A DNA stretch of 64,000 bases from an uncultured Lentisphaerales bacterium (GTDB taxonomy: Bacteria; Verrucomicrobiota; Kiritimatiellia; RFP12; JAAYLN01). The DNA lies in NCBI GenBank assembly GCA_964599645.1, contig CAZRGQ010000001.1:11135-75134 (forward strand). Reading direction: 5' to 3'. This document shows positions 42,899 through 51,688 of this stretch, in pieces. The translations under genes were made by a program, and so were the position numbers. The notes beneath the pieces were generated by a model. That model did not search any database, was not told the DNA's origin, and saw nothing but the letters and a program-made list of their open reading frames with translations. Each line of letters starts with the position of its first letter. Positions within the stretch are counted from its first letter, which is position 1.

Positions 42899-44995
42899 GT
42901 GAGAAGTAACACCACCATCCACTCTATTGCCCGCTGCCTGGTAGCGGCTGCGGTTGCCACGGCACCAACCTTTGCCCAAACCGGCGAGACAGCGTCCAAT
43001 AGAGTTGTTACCGTCGCATTCGACAAGCCGGCCAGCGGTCATCTCTACCTGAACGATGGCAGCGACGCAACCCCTGCCACCACCTTCAAAATCGAAATGG
43101 TGCCCGAGGGGCTCCGTTTCGACTTCCTGGCAGAAGGGGCAGTGGAGCTGCAAGGCGATTTTGAGTTCTACTTCCAGGCCGCCGGCGAGCCGGTCGAGGG
43201 CAACCACTACCAGTTCTATACCAACTTCAAGCGGCTTGAGGCCCATTTAACCGCAGCCGAGCAGGAGCTGTTGGCGGCACGCGGGATTTCTGGCGACTTC
43301 CATCCCGCCCTGCGCCCCCACTACTCCTATTTTACCCAACCGACCAAGCGCTTTCAGGTCTTGCGGGAGTTCAAGACGAGCCTCACAGCCGCTGGCAGCA
43401 GTGCCAAGGTAGAGGTCTTCATCCCCTGGAATGCGCTCTATCACATTCTCCCCTATACGCCGGATGGCAAGGGTCAGGAGTGGCGCTTCTCGGCCTTCCG
43501 CAACGCCGACGGTGTGCGCTCGGCCTGGCAGGGAGCTTTGAAAAAACCGGCCACCTGGGGACGACTGCGCTTTGCCGACATTACCGAGTCAGAGTTGGCC
43601 CAACTCTACCGTACCATTGCCACACAGAACAGCCGGAGCGGCAAAAAGCCGCGCTTCGATCCGACCCTCTTCGCCAGCGACTCCCTGCCTGCCGCTCTGG
43701 CAAAGGTTGAGCGCGCACGCGCCCTGATTGAGCAACGCCTGCCAGCCGCTGATACCACGCTGCAGCCTGCTGCCATGGCAGCCCTCGCCGCCGGGAGCGC
43801 AGAGCTCCACAACTGGCGCGAAGTCATTGCCACCATCCACACCGGCACCCGCATGGAGTGGGCAGGGTGGACGCTTGAGTCGGTGGAGCGCAAGGCCGAC
43901 GGCGCGGAGAGCGCTACTCCCCTCCCCTTCGTAGCGAAAAGCGGCTATCTCCACCTCAGCAGCAGCAACAAACCGGCACCCGGCGTCTGCCGCGACAACT
44001 CGCTCCCCGCCAACGACGCCGGTGCGACGCGGTACCTGCGCCTCACTTATACCTTCACCAACGATCACGCTGATGCCATCTGGCTAACTGATCTCTGTGC
44101 CACGCTACGCACTGCGGACGAGCGCAAGCTGTTGCTCACAGTTGCCCTCAACGATGCCAAACTGCTCACAGAACACGACCCGGCAGTAGCCCCTACCAAC
44201 CTCCCCCTGCCGGCCATCAAGCAGGGCGACAAGCTGGTGCTCACACTGCGTGAAGCAGCCGGCCGGGCAGTCACCTTCTCCCTCTTCGGCCGCCTCGAGG
44301 CTCTCCGCTTCGGACTGGAGCCGCGCCAGGCCATCAACCATAACGCCCCCCTGCCGACCGACAAGTTTCTTCCGGTCAAGCGCGACCATGAGTACGACAT
44401 GCATCACATCAACATCTTTGCCGGCGAGCAATCGACACTACTGCTCGAAAAGCCACGCGTTATTCAATATGGCGGCTGGTTTGAAATCGGTTTCGTGCTC
44501 CACGAGCGCGAGCTCCGCAATGAGCTCTACCAGAAGTATCGCCTCGCCCAGTCGGGCAACATTATGGAGCATATGCTGATAACCAACTTCAAGATCGCCA
44601 ACACCCCGCTCGACTACCTGAAGCCGGAGTTGATCATCATCAGCGCCGATACCGCCTATCCGGCCAGCTTCTTTACAGCGGAGCAGGTCTGTGCCGCCTA
44701 CGATGAGTCGCTCGCGCTGATCCGCTCTCGCCTGCCCGAGGTCAAAATCGTCATGCTCGGCATTGTGCCCCGCGACCGCCAACTGCCACGCCTTACCAAG
44801 CTCAACCAGAAGCTGATGGAGTGGGCTGCGGCCAACAAGATTACCTACCGCGACCTCTTCCCCGTTTTTATTGACGAAGCTGGCCGGGTCCGCGACGAAC
44901 TCTTCCGCACCCCGCCCGGCTATATGTCCAGCGCAGGTTATCGGCTCTGGATCGAGCAGATCATCCCCGACCTCAAAGCCGTTAAAGACGCTTAG
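42899..44995 (+). CDS. secreted SGNH/GDSL-family hydrolase (putative carbohydrate esterase) with N-terminal carbohydrate-binding-like domain
   Basis: Signal peptide MRSNTTIHSIARCLVAAAVATAPTFAQ. The C-terminal ~200 aa have SGNH-hydrolase features (IIISADTAY..., ...KIVMLGIVP...). Confidence 0.5.
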   Translation: MRSNTTIHSIARCLVAAAVATAPTFAQTGETASNRVVTVAFDKPASGHLYLNDGSDATPATTFKIEMVPEGLRFDFLAEGAVELQGDFEFYFQAAGEPVEGNHYQFYTNFKRLEAHLTAAEQELLAARGISGDFHPALRPHYSYFTQPTKRFQVLREFKTSLTAAGSSAKVEVFIPWNALYHILPYTPDGKGQEWRFSAFRNADGVRSAWQGALKKPATWGRLRFADITESELAQLYRTIATQNSRSGKKPRFDPTLFASDSLPAALAKVERARALIEQRLPAADTTLQPAAMAALAAGSAELHNWREVIATIHTGTRMEWAGWTLESVERKADGAESATPLPFVAKSGYLHLSSSNKPAPGVCRDNSLPANDAGATRYLRLTYTFTNDHADAIWLTDLCATLRTADERKLLLTVALNDAKLLTEHDPAVAPTNLPLPAIKQGDKLVLTLREAAGRAVTFSLFGRLEALRFGLEPRQAINHNAPLPTDKFLPVKRDHEYDMHHINIFAGEQSTLLLEKPRVIQYGGWFEIGFVLHERELRNELYQKYRLAQSGNIMEHMLITNFKIANTPLDYLKPELIIISADTAYPASFFTAEQVCAAYDESLALIRSRLPEVKIVMLGIVPRDRQLPRLTKLNQKLMEWAAANKITYRDLFPVFIDEAGRVRDELFRTPPGYMSSAGYRLWIEQIIPDLKAVKDA

Positions 44996-45069
44996 CTAAA
45001 ACAGGCTCGTGATACGACGCGAGGCGATCTTGCAATAGATCAGCACGATCTTTTTTTAACCGCCAGCAC

Positions 45070-45099
45070 TTGGCAGCAGGGGTAGAAATTGGTACTATG
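45070..45099 (+). promoter_or_regulatory. putative sigma70 promoter TTGGCA-N18-TACTAT ending 5 nt before the ATG of the EEP gene (near-leaderless transcript)
   Basis: Read directly. No Shine-Dalgarno between the -10 and the ATG at 45105. Confidence 0.3.
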
Positions 45100-45104
45100 A
45101 ATAG

Positions 45105-46157
45105 ATGAAAACCTCTATCACTACCTTGATGGCCCTCTCAACGCTGCTACTGTTATCCGCCACACAGCCTCGCCTTGCGGCAGCTACGGAGAGTGCCGGG
45201 CAAGAGCTGGTCGTGCTTACCTGGAATGTGGAGAACCTCTTTGATGCCGAGGATGATCCCGACAATCCTGGTGATGATGCCTATACGCCGCAGGGCTGGA
45301 CACGCTGGACCGAGGCGCGTTACCGCCACAAACTGACCAACCTGGCCGAGGTGGTTTCGGAGTTGGTGCCCGATATCTTCTGTCTGGTCGAGGTGGAAAA
45401 CCGGCGGGTGCTGGAGGATCTCGCCAACCTGTTGCGGGTCAAACACAGCTTCGACCTGCCCTTTATCACCCATCGCGACTGCGGCGACCTCCGCGGCATC
45501 GATACCGCCATCATGAGCAAATTTGAACCGACGAATGTTGTCTGGCTCAAGCCGTTGGCCGTGCAGCGTGATATCATCGTGGCCGATTTCAGTGTCAACG
45601 GCAAGCCGCTGGCCATTATCCTGAATCACTGGAAGTCGCACTTTGGCAAGAAGGCTGAGTCCGACGCCATCCGCGAGTTGGAGGCGCGTACCGTGCGTGC
45701 CGAGGTGGAGCGGCGCCTGCAGGAGGACAAAGCGGCCGCCATCATCGTGACCGGCGATTTCAACGACAACGTCGAGAGCGTGATACCGCTGATACATGGC
45801 GGCTTTTCACTCGACTACGACGCCGTACTGCAGGATGGCCGCCTCCTCTACAATCTCTCCGCCGAGCTACCGCACAACCAGCGTGGCACCTACTACTACC
45901 ATCGCGACAAACGCTGGAACAGTTTCGATATGTTTGCCATCTCGCGCGGTCTGCTGACCAACGGCGTGCCGGCCTCTGCCTGGCAGATCAATCCTGCCAC
46001 CTTTAGCATCCATGCCCCCGAAAAGCTGCGACAGGAGGATGGCTCCCCCTACCCCTTCCGCCGCCTGCGTACCCGTGAGGGGGTTAAAATCTTCTCCGGC
46101 TATTCGGATCACTTTCCGATCGTTGTCACGGTCTCCGAGCGCGAGAGTGAAGAGTAG
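45105..46157 (+). CDS. endonuclease/exonuclease/phosphatase (EEP) family protein, secreted
   Basis: Signal peptide, then LVVLTWNVENLFD (EEP motif I). ...ILNHWKSH..., ...TGDFND..., ...SDHFPIVV... are further EEP motifs. Confidence 0.75.
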   Translation: MKTSITTLMALSTLLLLSATQPRLAAATESAGQELVVLTWNVENLFDAEDDPDNPGDDAYTPQGWTRWTEARYRHKLTNLAEVVSELVPDIFCLVEVENRRVLEDLANLLRVKHSFDLPFITHRDCGDLRGIDTAIMSKFEPTNVVWLKPLAVQRDIIVADFSVNGKPLAIILNHWKSHFGKKAESDAIRELEARTVRAEVERRLQEDKAAAIIVTGDFNDNVESVIPLIHGGFSLDYDAVLQDGRLLYNLSAELPHNQRGTYYYHRDKRWNSFDMFAISRGLLTNGVPASAWQINPATFSIHAPEKLRQEDGSPYPFRRLRTREGVKIFSGYSDHFPIVVTVSERESEE

Positions 46158-46220
46158 CAACCCAAAATTGCAAGGGTTGGCGCATGAAAAGAGGTAGAGA
46201 TGTGTGACAATTCCGGCAAA

Positions 46221-46982
46221 ATGGGGAGCAAGAGCGTGCCACATGTAGAGGAGCCGTTTTCACGGGTCGGTCTGCTCTTTGGCCCGGCGGCCCTGCCGCG
46301 ACTTGCCGATTCCGCCATACTGGTAGTGGGGCTTGGCGCTGTCGGGTCGTTCGCGGTTGAGGCGCTGGCGCGCTCCGGCGTCGGCACCCTCTATCTGGCC
46401 GATGCCGATGTGGTGGAGCCTTCCAATATCAACCGCCAGCTCTACGCCCTTGCAACTACCATCGGCGCTGCGAAGGCTACATTGGCTGCGGCCCGTGTGG
46501 CGGAGATCGCTCCCGCCTGCCGCGTCAAACCGTTTGCCGAATTTGTCACGGCAGAAAAATTGCCCCGCTTTATGGCGCTCAAACCCGATCTGGTCGTCGA
46601 TGCGATCGACATTATGCGCGACAAGGTGTCGCTCATCTGTGCCGCTTTGTCGCAGGGGATTCCGGTGGTGAGCAGCATGGGAGCGGCCAGACGTTACGAT
46701 GCCACCAAAGTGAGGGTTGGAGCGCTGGCTGAGGTTACAGGGTGTCCGTTGGCCAAAAGGCTGCGTCGTGAATTGCGACATGCGCCGGGCTGCAGTGAAG
46801 CTATGATAGAGCCTTTGCGTTGCGTCTATTCAACCGAAAAGGTGGAGCCCACTCCGCATCTGAGTGGAACTCTACAGCTAGCGAAGCCGCGTGTCATGGG
46901 CAGTCTGGTCTCCGTAACCGGCACCTTTGGGCTGGTTGCCGCCGGTGAAGCACTGCGCCTGCTACTCTCTCCGGCGGAGTAA
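46221..46982 (+). CDS. tcdA: tRNA threonylcarbamoyladenosine dehydratase (ThiF/MoeB-family E1-like)
   Basis: ILVVGLGAVGSFAVEALARSGVGTLYLADADVVEPSNINRQ is the ThiF/TcdA nucleotide-binding signature. Confidence 0.75.
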   Translation: MGSKSVPHVEEPFSRVGLLFGPAALPRLADSAILVVGLGAVGSFAVEALARSGVGTLYLADADVVEPSNINRQLYALATTIGAAKATLAAARVAEIAPACRVKPFAEFVTAEKLPRFMALKPDLVVDAIDIMRDKVSLICAALSQGIPVVSSMGAARRYDATKVRVGALAEVTGCPLAKRLRRELRHAPGCSEAMIEPLRCVYSTEKVEPTPHLSGTLQLAKPRVMGSLVSVTGTFGLVAAGEALRLLLSPAE

Positions 46983-46992
46983 AAACAAAAAA

Positions 46993-47020
46993 GCCAGCCA
47001 AGACTTGCGTCGTGGCTGGC
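46993..47020. terminator. hairpin GCCAGCC-N14-GGCTGGC preceded by an A-rich tract (AAAAACAAAAAA); possible bidirectional or antisense-oriented intrinsic terminator after tcdA
   Basis: Read directly. The T-tract is on the minus strand only. Confidence 0.3.
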
Positions 47021-47179
47021 AAGAGGAACGCGGAACAGGCCGTCTGTGTGTGGTCAGAGCCTGTTCTTGCACCACCGGGAAGGAGGTGGACCCGTTTGTG
47101 GTGCACGCTCTCACGTTCCGCCACTATTCAAGCAGGTAGTGTGCCAAGAGATGCTTACATCCCCGGCTCTTTTATGCTA

Positions 47180-47207
47180 TGGTTGTGGCTCAATGGTTGT
47201 GGCTCAA
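47180..47207. repeat. tandem direct repeat 2 x 14 nt (TGGTTGTGGCTCAA) immediately upstream of the RBS of the 1161-aa gene
   Basis: Read directly; a third partial unit (TGG) follows. Candidate direct-repeat binding site for a response regulator. Confidence 0.6.
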
Positions 47208-47235
47208 TGGAACTAACTCTTCACAGGAGAACATC

Positions 47236-50200
47236 ATGAACTCTTCTCTCTCTGCCTTTACGATTACACTGCTGCTGCTCGCCGCCGGAGTCGGGGCCGC
47301 TCCCGGGATCACTGCCAACACCACCACCACGAAGTGGCAAGCGGTAGAGATAGTGGCGGAGGGCCACGAGCAGGTAGTGCAGCGTCCTGAAGAGTGTGAC
47401 AGCCTCCGTTTCAGCTTTATAGTCGGCTCTACCAACCAGAGTCTCTTGCGTATCATACGCAGCGACGGCAGTCAGGTCAGGGTGCCACTGTTCAATCAGG
47501 ACGACAAACGCTCATACTTCGGCAAACAGCCAAAGGTTGACCCTGAGGCAGCGCCCGCGCCTGCGCTCGACGACGCTGCCCTGCTCTTCAGACCGTGGCT
47601 GGCAGCTCATGTGCGTCCGTTGTTGCGTCGCTATACCGAGAAGCAGCAGGAGGAGTTGCAAGCGCGTTGGCAGACTCTGCCGCCGGCCTCGCAACAGACC
47701 TTTACCCTGGAGTTGCGCCAGCAGGAGGGCTTCTTCGAGCGCTATCTCAATGGACACTACATCGGTTACGACAAAGGCAGTTTCGACTCTGTCTGGCTTA
47801 AGCTGCCTGACGGCGGGCGGGTTTTTGACGCCGTAGCCGGCAACGCCTGGCGCGACGACCGGTTTCTGCCGCTGGAGATGGCATGGCTGGCACGTCCGGG
47901 AGCCTTCTCCAATGCGGTGCTCTCGCTCGACAGCGGCCTGCAGCAGATCGACGGGGTGCCGCTACAGGTTGCCCACGGCAGCGCCAGCGCCGACGTCGGT
48001 GTCGTGCGCCAGATGAAGGGCTCGTGGATGTTGGAGGTGGATGAACACCTCTCACGCACACCGTTCGACGGCATGCCGGAGAGCATTATCACCACCGTGC
48101 CGGCAGCCTACTACAGCCGCGCCTGGGTCTTGTGCGGTTTCAATCCTGCCAAAGGAGTCGATCCGATTGTAACGGCCAAGATGACACGCCACGCCCGGTC
48201 GGGGCGCGGTGGCGCCATCAGCAGCACGACGGTTGAGCTGCCACGCCAACGCGGCGACAAACTGCCCGCCAACGTGCGGGAGGTAGGTGAGATCAGACTG
48301 GAGGGCACCAACCTGCCGCTCTATCTGGTGGAGTTTGACCTCAAGCCGGGCGAGATACTCGACCTGCTGGCGATGGAGGAGGACAAGACAGCACGCATGA
48401 TGAGTCAGCCCTATCTCGATATCGACTTCATGGGTAAACCGGGACGGGTGGGAGCCCAGTGGGATGGCAGCAAGAAGCCCGACAACAAGTCGCAGAGCGG
48501 AGTACACCTCTTCGGGATCACACTTGAAAAGATGCCGCTCAAAATGAAGCTGATCCAGTCGGAACCGGGCAACATCTTCCACAACAGTGAAGAGCCGGTA
48601 GTCGGCGTCGAGTTACAGGCCACCGCCCCCGACGCCAACGGTAACCTGCGCTGGACTATTTGTGATGATGGCGGCCGGGAGTTGCAGCAGCAGAGCATCA
48701 AGGTGAGCTTCGGACGGGTTGGTGACCAGCAGAGTCTGAAACTGCCGCTACTCGTTTCCCGGCCCGGTTGGTACGGACTCAGGCTGGAGCTGATAGCCCC
48801 CGATGGCAGAGTCTGGCTACGCCATGAGGCGGCCTTTGCCCAGTTGGGGACCGACACCCGCCAGGCCGGTTATGAGTCGCCCTTCGGCTCTTCATGGTTT
48901 GCCGGCACGCACCACAGTGGCGGCGAGATGGAGATCGCCGGCAAGCTCTTCCTCAAGGCGGGGCTGCGTCAGGGGCAACTGCTGCGGGCCAAGTTTGATG
49001 AGGCCGATTTTGCCCCCTGGAAGGTGACGCAAAATGCCATCCCCTGGCGCATCCGGCCCAAATCGTTCGCCGATAGAGAGGCGGCCAAAGACGAGCTCGA
49101 GCCGCAGGTGCGGGAGCTGCTGCAGCGCTTCCCCCACTGCAACAGCGCCACCATTTTCCATGAGAGCTACAGCAGCAAGCTGCCGGCAGAGCTCTTCGGC
49201 GCGAGCAGCGTTGAAGATGAGGCACAGCTTGCCAAGATTCAAAAGATGGTGGAGCTGGGCAACTTCATGGGCGAATTCTACCGGGAGAGGTTTCCACAGG
49301 TCAGACTGGTGGTGGGCAACACGACCCACTCCTCAACGATTATCTCGGCGCTCTTGCGCCACGGTTTGAAGCCTGAATATATCGATGCCATCGGTATCGA
49401 GGTGGTCGGGCAGAGTTTTCTGCCCGAGCGTCTGACCGGCGGCGGCATTCAGGGGGCCTGGCTGGCGCGCGAGACGGCACGACGTCTGGGACATGAGATA
49501 CCGTTAACGGCCTGTCCCGAGTTTATCTATCGGCTCGACCGGACTCTGGGGCAACGCCGTCAGGCCGAATTCTATGCCCGTGACGTCCTGATCTCGCTCG
49601 CCTACGGCTTCGACCGCGTCACCCCCTCCCTCCTGATGGACGTCGGCAACTCCTACTACAACACCCTCTGGGGTGGCAGCGGCCTCTGCCAGCGCTATCC
49701 GCTGATCTACCCCAAACAGTCTTACGTGGCACTGGCCACCCTGACACGAGTTCTTGACCGCGCCGCGCTGGTGGAGCAGGTGCCGACCGGCTCCCACACC
49801 GTCTATGCCCTGCGCTTCAAACGGGCCGATGGCAATCAGGTGCTGGCGCTCTGGACCCCCGTTGGTGCCGCGACGCTGGAGCTGGAGTTTGAGCAGCGCA
49901 CGGCCATTGAGACTATCGGACTCCTCGGAGCCGGCAACCAGAGCCGCGAGGCACGCCGGCAGCAGGTCGTCGCCACGACTGCGCCCTGCTATGTGGTGAG
50001 CAGTCAGCCGGCTACGGCTGTAAACCTGCTGGAGCGCCGCTACGATCCACCACCGGCCACCTTCAAACCTCTGGAGTCGCTCAGCTCGACCAACACCTGG
50101 CAGTTGAGTGTTGGCGACCCCAAAGTGGAGAGCAAGAGCTACAATCTGCCCTATCGCAAGCCGGGCAGCTTCAAACTGAGCGAAGTAAAAGACGCTGAAC

Positions 50201-50664
50201 GCGGCGCTTGCCTTGAGGTGGAGCTGTTGCGCAGTGAGGCTGCCGAGGCGCTGGTGAGCGAATATACCTTTGTCGAACTGAAGGAGCCGCTGGCCGTACC
50301 GGATCAGCCTAGCGATATCGGACTCTGGCTCAAGGGCGACTCCGGCTGGGGCAAGGTGATCTTCGAAATTGAGGATGCCAAAGGCAAACGGTGGCGTACT
50401 GAAGGGCCCTACCACGATTGGCCGGGCGAGCTCTACATCGGTTTCGACGGCTGGCGCTTTATGCGTTATCCAATCGACGGCTACAGTAGCGAGATCAACC
50501 CCTCACCTACCGGGCGCTGGGGTGGTGCCTACGATGCCAAGCCGGCCATGCCGCTCAAACTGCGGGGTCTCTACCTGGCGCTCAACCGCCAGGCGCTCGG
50601 CCTGACAGAGATGCGCCCGGCTGCCGCCGTGATCCGCATTCAGGATATCGGCTTTGTCTACTGA
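47236..50664 (+). CDS. large secreted hypothetical protein (1142 aa from MNSS...), no recognisable domain
   Basis: RBS AGGAGA 6 nt before ATG 47236. Signal peptide MNSSLSAFTITLLLLAAGVGAAPG. Consistent coding composition to the stop at 50664. Confidence 0.7.
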   Translation: MNSSLSAFTITLLLLAAGVGAAPGITANTTTTKWQAVEIVAEGHEQVVQRPEECDSLRFSFIVGSTNQSLLRIIRSDGSQVRVPLFNQDDKRSYFGKQPKVDPEAAPAPALDDAALLFRPWLAAHVRPLLRRYTEKQQEELQARWQTLPPASQQTFTLELRQQEGFFERYLNGHYIGYDKGSFDSVWLKLPDGGRVFDAVAGNAWRDDRFLPLEMAWLARPGAFSNAVLSLDSGLQQIDGVPLQVAHGSASADVGVVRQMKGSWMLEVDEHLSRTPFDGMPESIITTVPAAYYSRAWVLCGFNPAKGVDPIVTAKMTRHARSGRGGAISSTTVELPRQRGDKLPANVREVGEIRLEGTNLPLYLVEFDLKPGEILDLLAMEEDKTARMMSQPYLDIDFMGKPGRVGAQWDGSKKPDNKSQSGVHLFGITLEKMPLKMKLIQSEPGNIFHNSEEPVVGVELQATAPDANGNLRWTICDDGGRELQQQSIKVSFGRVGDQQSLKLPLLVSRPGWYGLRLELIAPDGRVWLRHEAAFAQLGTDTRQAGYESPFGSSWFAGTHHSGGEMEIAGKLFLKAGLRQGQLLRAKFDEADFAPWKVTQNAIPWRIRPKSFADREAAKDELEPQVRELLQRFPHCNSATIFHESYSSKLPAELFGASSVEDEAQLAKIQKMVELGNFMGEFYRERFPQVRLVVGNTTHSSTIISALLRHGLKPEYIDAIGIEVVGQSFLPERLTGGGIQGAWLARETARRLGHEIPLTACPEFIYRLDRTLGQRRQAEFYARDVLISLAYGFDRVTPSLLMDVGNSYYNTLWGGSGLCQRYPLIYPKQSYVALATLTRVLDRAALVEQVPTGSHTVYALRFKRADGNQVLALWTPVGAATLELEFEQRTAIETIGLLGAGNQSREARRQQVVATTAPCYVVSSQPATAVNLLERRYDPPPATFKPLESLSSTNTWQLSVGDPKVESKSYNLPYRKPGSFKLSEVKDAERGACLEVELLRSEAAEALVSEYTFVELKEPLAVPDQPSDIGLWLKGDSGWGKVIFEIEDAKGKRWRTEGPYHDWPGELYIGFDGWRFMRYPIDGYSSEINPSPTGRWGGAYDAKPAMPLKLRGLYLALNRQALGLTEMRPAAAVIRIQDIGFVY

Positions 50665-50671
50665 GGTTTGA

Positions 50672-50790
50672 TGAGGGTTGTGCTGGCGGAGAAAGTCTCC
50701 GCTCGTGCAAATCCCCCTGGAGGGTTGTGCTTCCGCACAACCACGGCAGTGCAGAAGCACTGCCCTCCATTACCTCAGCTCGTGCAAATA
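50672..50790. mobile_element. REP/BIME-like compound palindromic element adjacent to the RAYT gene
   Basis: Three consecutive perfect hairpins: GCGGAG-aaagt-CTCCGC (50686-50702), GGTTGTGC-ttcc-GCACAACC (50723-50742) and GGCAGTGC-agaa-GCACTGCC (50745-50764). An outer stem TGGAGGG/CCCTCCA (50718-24 / 50763-69) encloses the last two. Direct repeats GAGGGTTGTGCT x2 and GCTCGTGCAAAT x2 flank the unit. Confidence 0.6.
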
Positions 50791-50812
50791 CCATACCCTG
50801 ACTATCCACGAC

Positions 50813-51307
50813 CTAGCAGTCATGCCACGCCAATTTATGCATCTCCCCTTGGTATGGCCAATCTTCTATCTTCTTAACCAGCTTCTTTTCCAGCGGATTT
50901 GCCGAAACATACTCCCACTTCTCGCGATAACTTTCGCCTCTACGCAACTGTCTGTCCCAGATATCAACCTGCCACAGGGGGCGCTCCTCTTGTCGCGGCC
51001 ATCGCCTAGATGCCAGCGATTTCCAATACTTGCACCAGTCACGTACCGGCGTTGGCGGGAAAGTCGCCGGAGCGCAAAAGAGATGTATATGATCTGGCAT
51101 CAGCAGATAGCGACCAACCAGCCAATAGGTCGCCTGCGACCATACCTCTACCAGACAGTCGTGAGCCTGCTTATCGGCAAAGAGAGTTTTGCGCTTATGG
51201 GAACAGAGGGTGAGCCAGATGATAATCGATTGGTTGCCACTCTCAAAAAGAGGCATACGGGCCGGACGTCGGCGTTGGGGTTTGTTCTGTTTGTCAGGTA
51301 AGGGCAT
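50813..51307 (-). mobile_element. IS200/IS605-like Y1 (HUH) transposase of the REP-associated tyrosine transposase (RAYT) type
   Basis: YLLMPDHIHLFCAP (HUH motif) and ...EKWEYVSANPLEKKLV (catalytic Tyr region). 164 aa, alternative start at 51256. Flanked by the palindromic element. Confidence 0.7.
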
Positions 51308-51413
51308 ATACTAAAGATCAGGCATTCCATAACTCCTATTCAGTATAGCTTGAGCGGAATCATGCTGAACTACAAATTTGCACTGCACCCTTTTCAAGAA
51401 ACTCCAACAACCC

Positions 51414-51676
51414 CTAATTCCCCCGATACTCTTGAATAAGACGATGAAACAGCTTGTTAAGCTCGTTTACTACGCCAGCATCCCCGGGCTGCTTTGTAAA
51501 CTCCACAGGGTCGCTCTCCAATTCTCTATCAATGAATGCGTTAAGCAGCGGAACTGTGGGGGCTAGCCCCAAGCTCTACTGCCCGACTCAATTGCAAAGA
51601 GAATACGCACACCGTGCTCTGCCCCAACATTTTTAAGGCGTCGCAGAATCTCAAATCTGGTGCTTTCTGGAATCAT
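51414..51676 (-). pseudogene. remnant of a PF10127-type (RlaP-like) predicted nucleotidyltransferase gene, disrupted by an in-frame stop plus frameshift
   Basis: Minus-strand translation MIPESTRFEILRRLKNVGAEHGVRILFAIESGSRAWG* matches the conserved N-terminus (..ILYAxESGSRAxG) of that family. A second frame continues ...LNAFIDRELESDPVEFTKQPGDAGVVNELNKLFHRLIQEYRGN*. About 85 codons total against ~250 expected. Confidence 0.5.
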
Positions 51677-51688
51677 GGGATCTAGGAG

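Noticed and set aside
45030-45060. AGATC-N5-GATCT hairpin plus T7 after the SGNH gene as an intrinsic terminator
   Set aside because: The 5-bp stem is AT-rich and weak and may not form. It possibly contributes to termination but is not confident enough to list as a feature.
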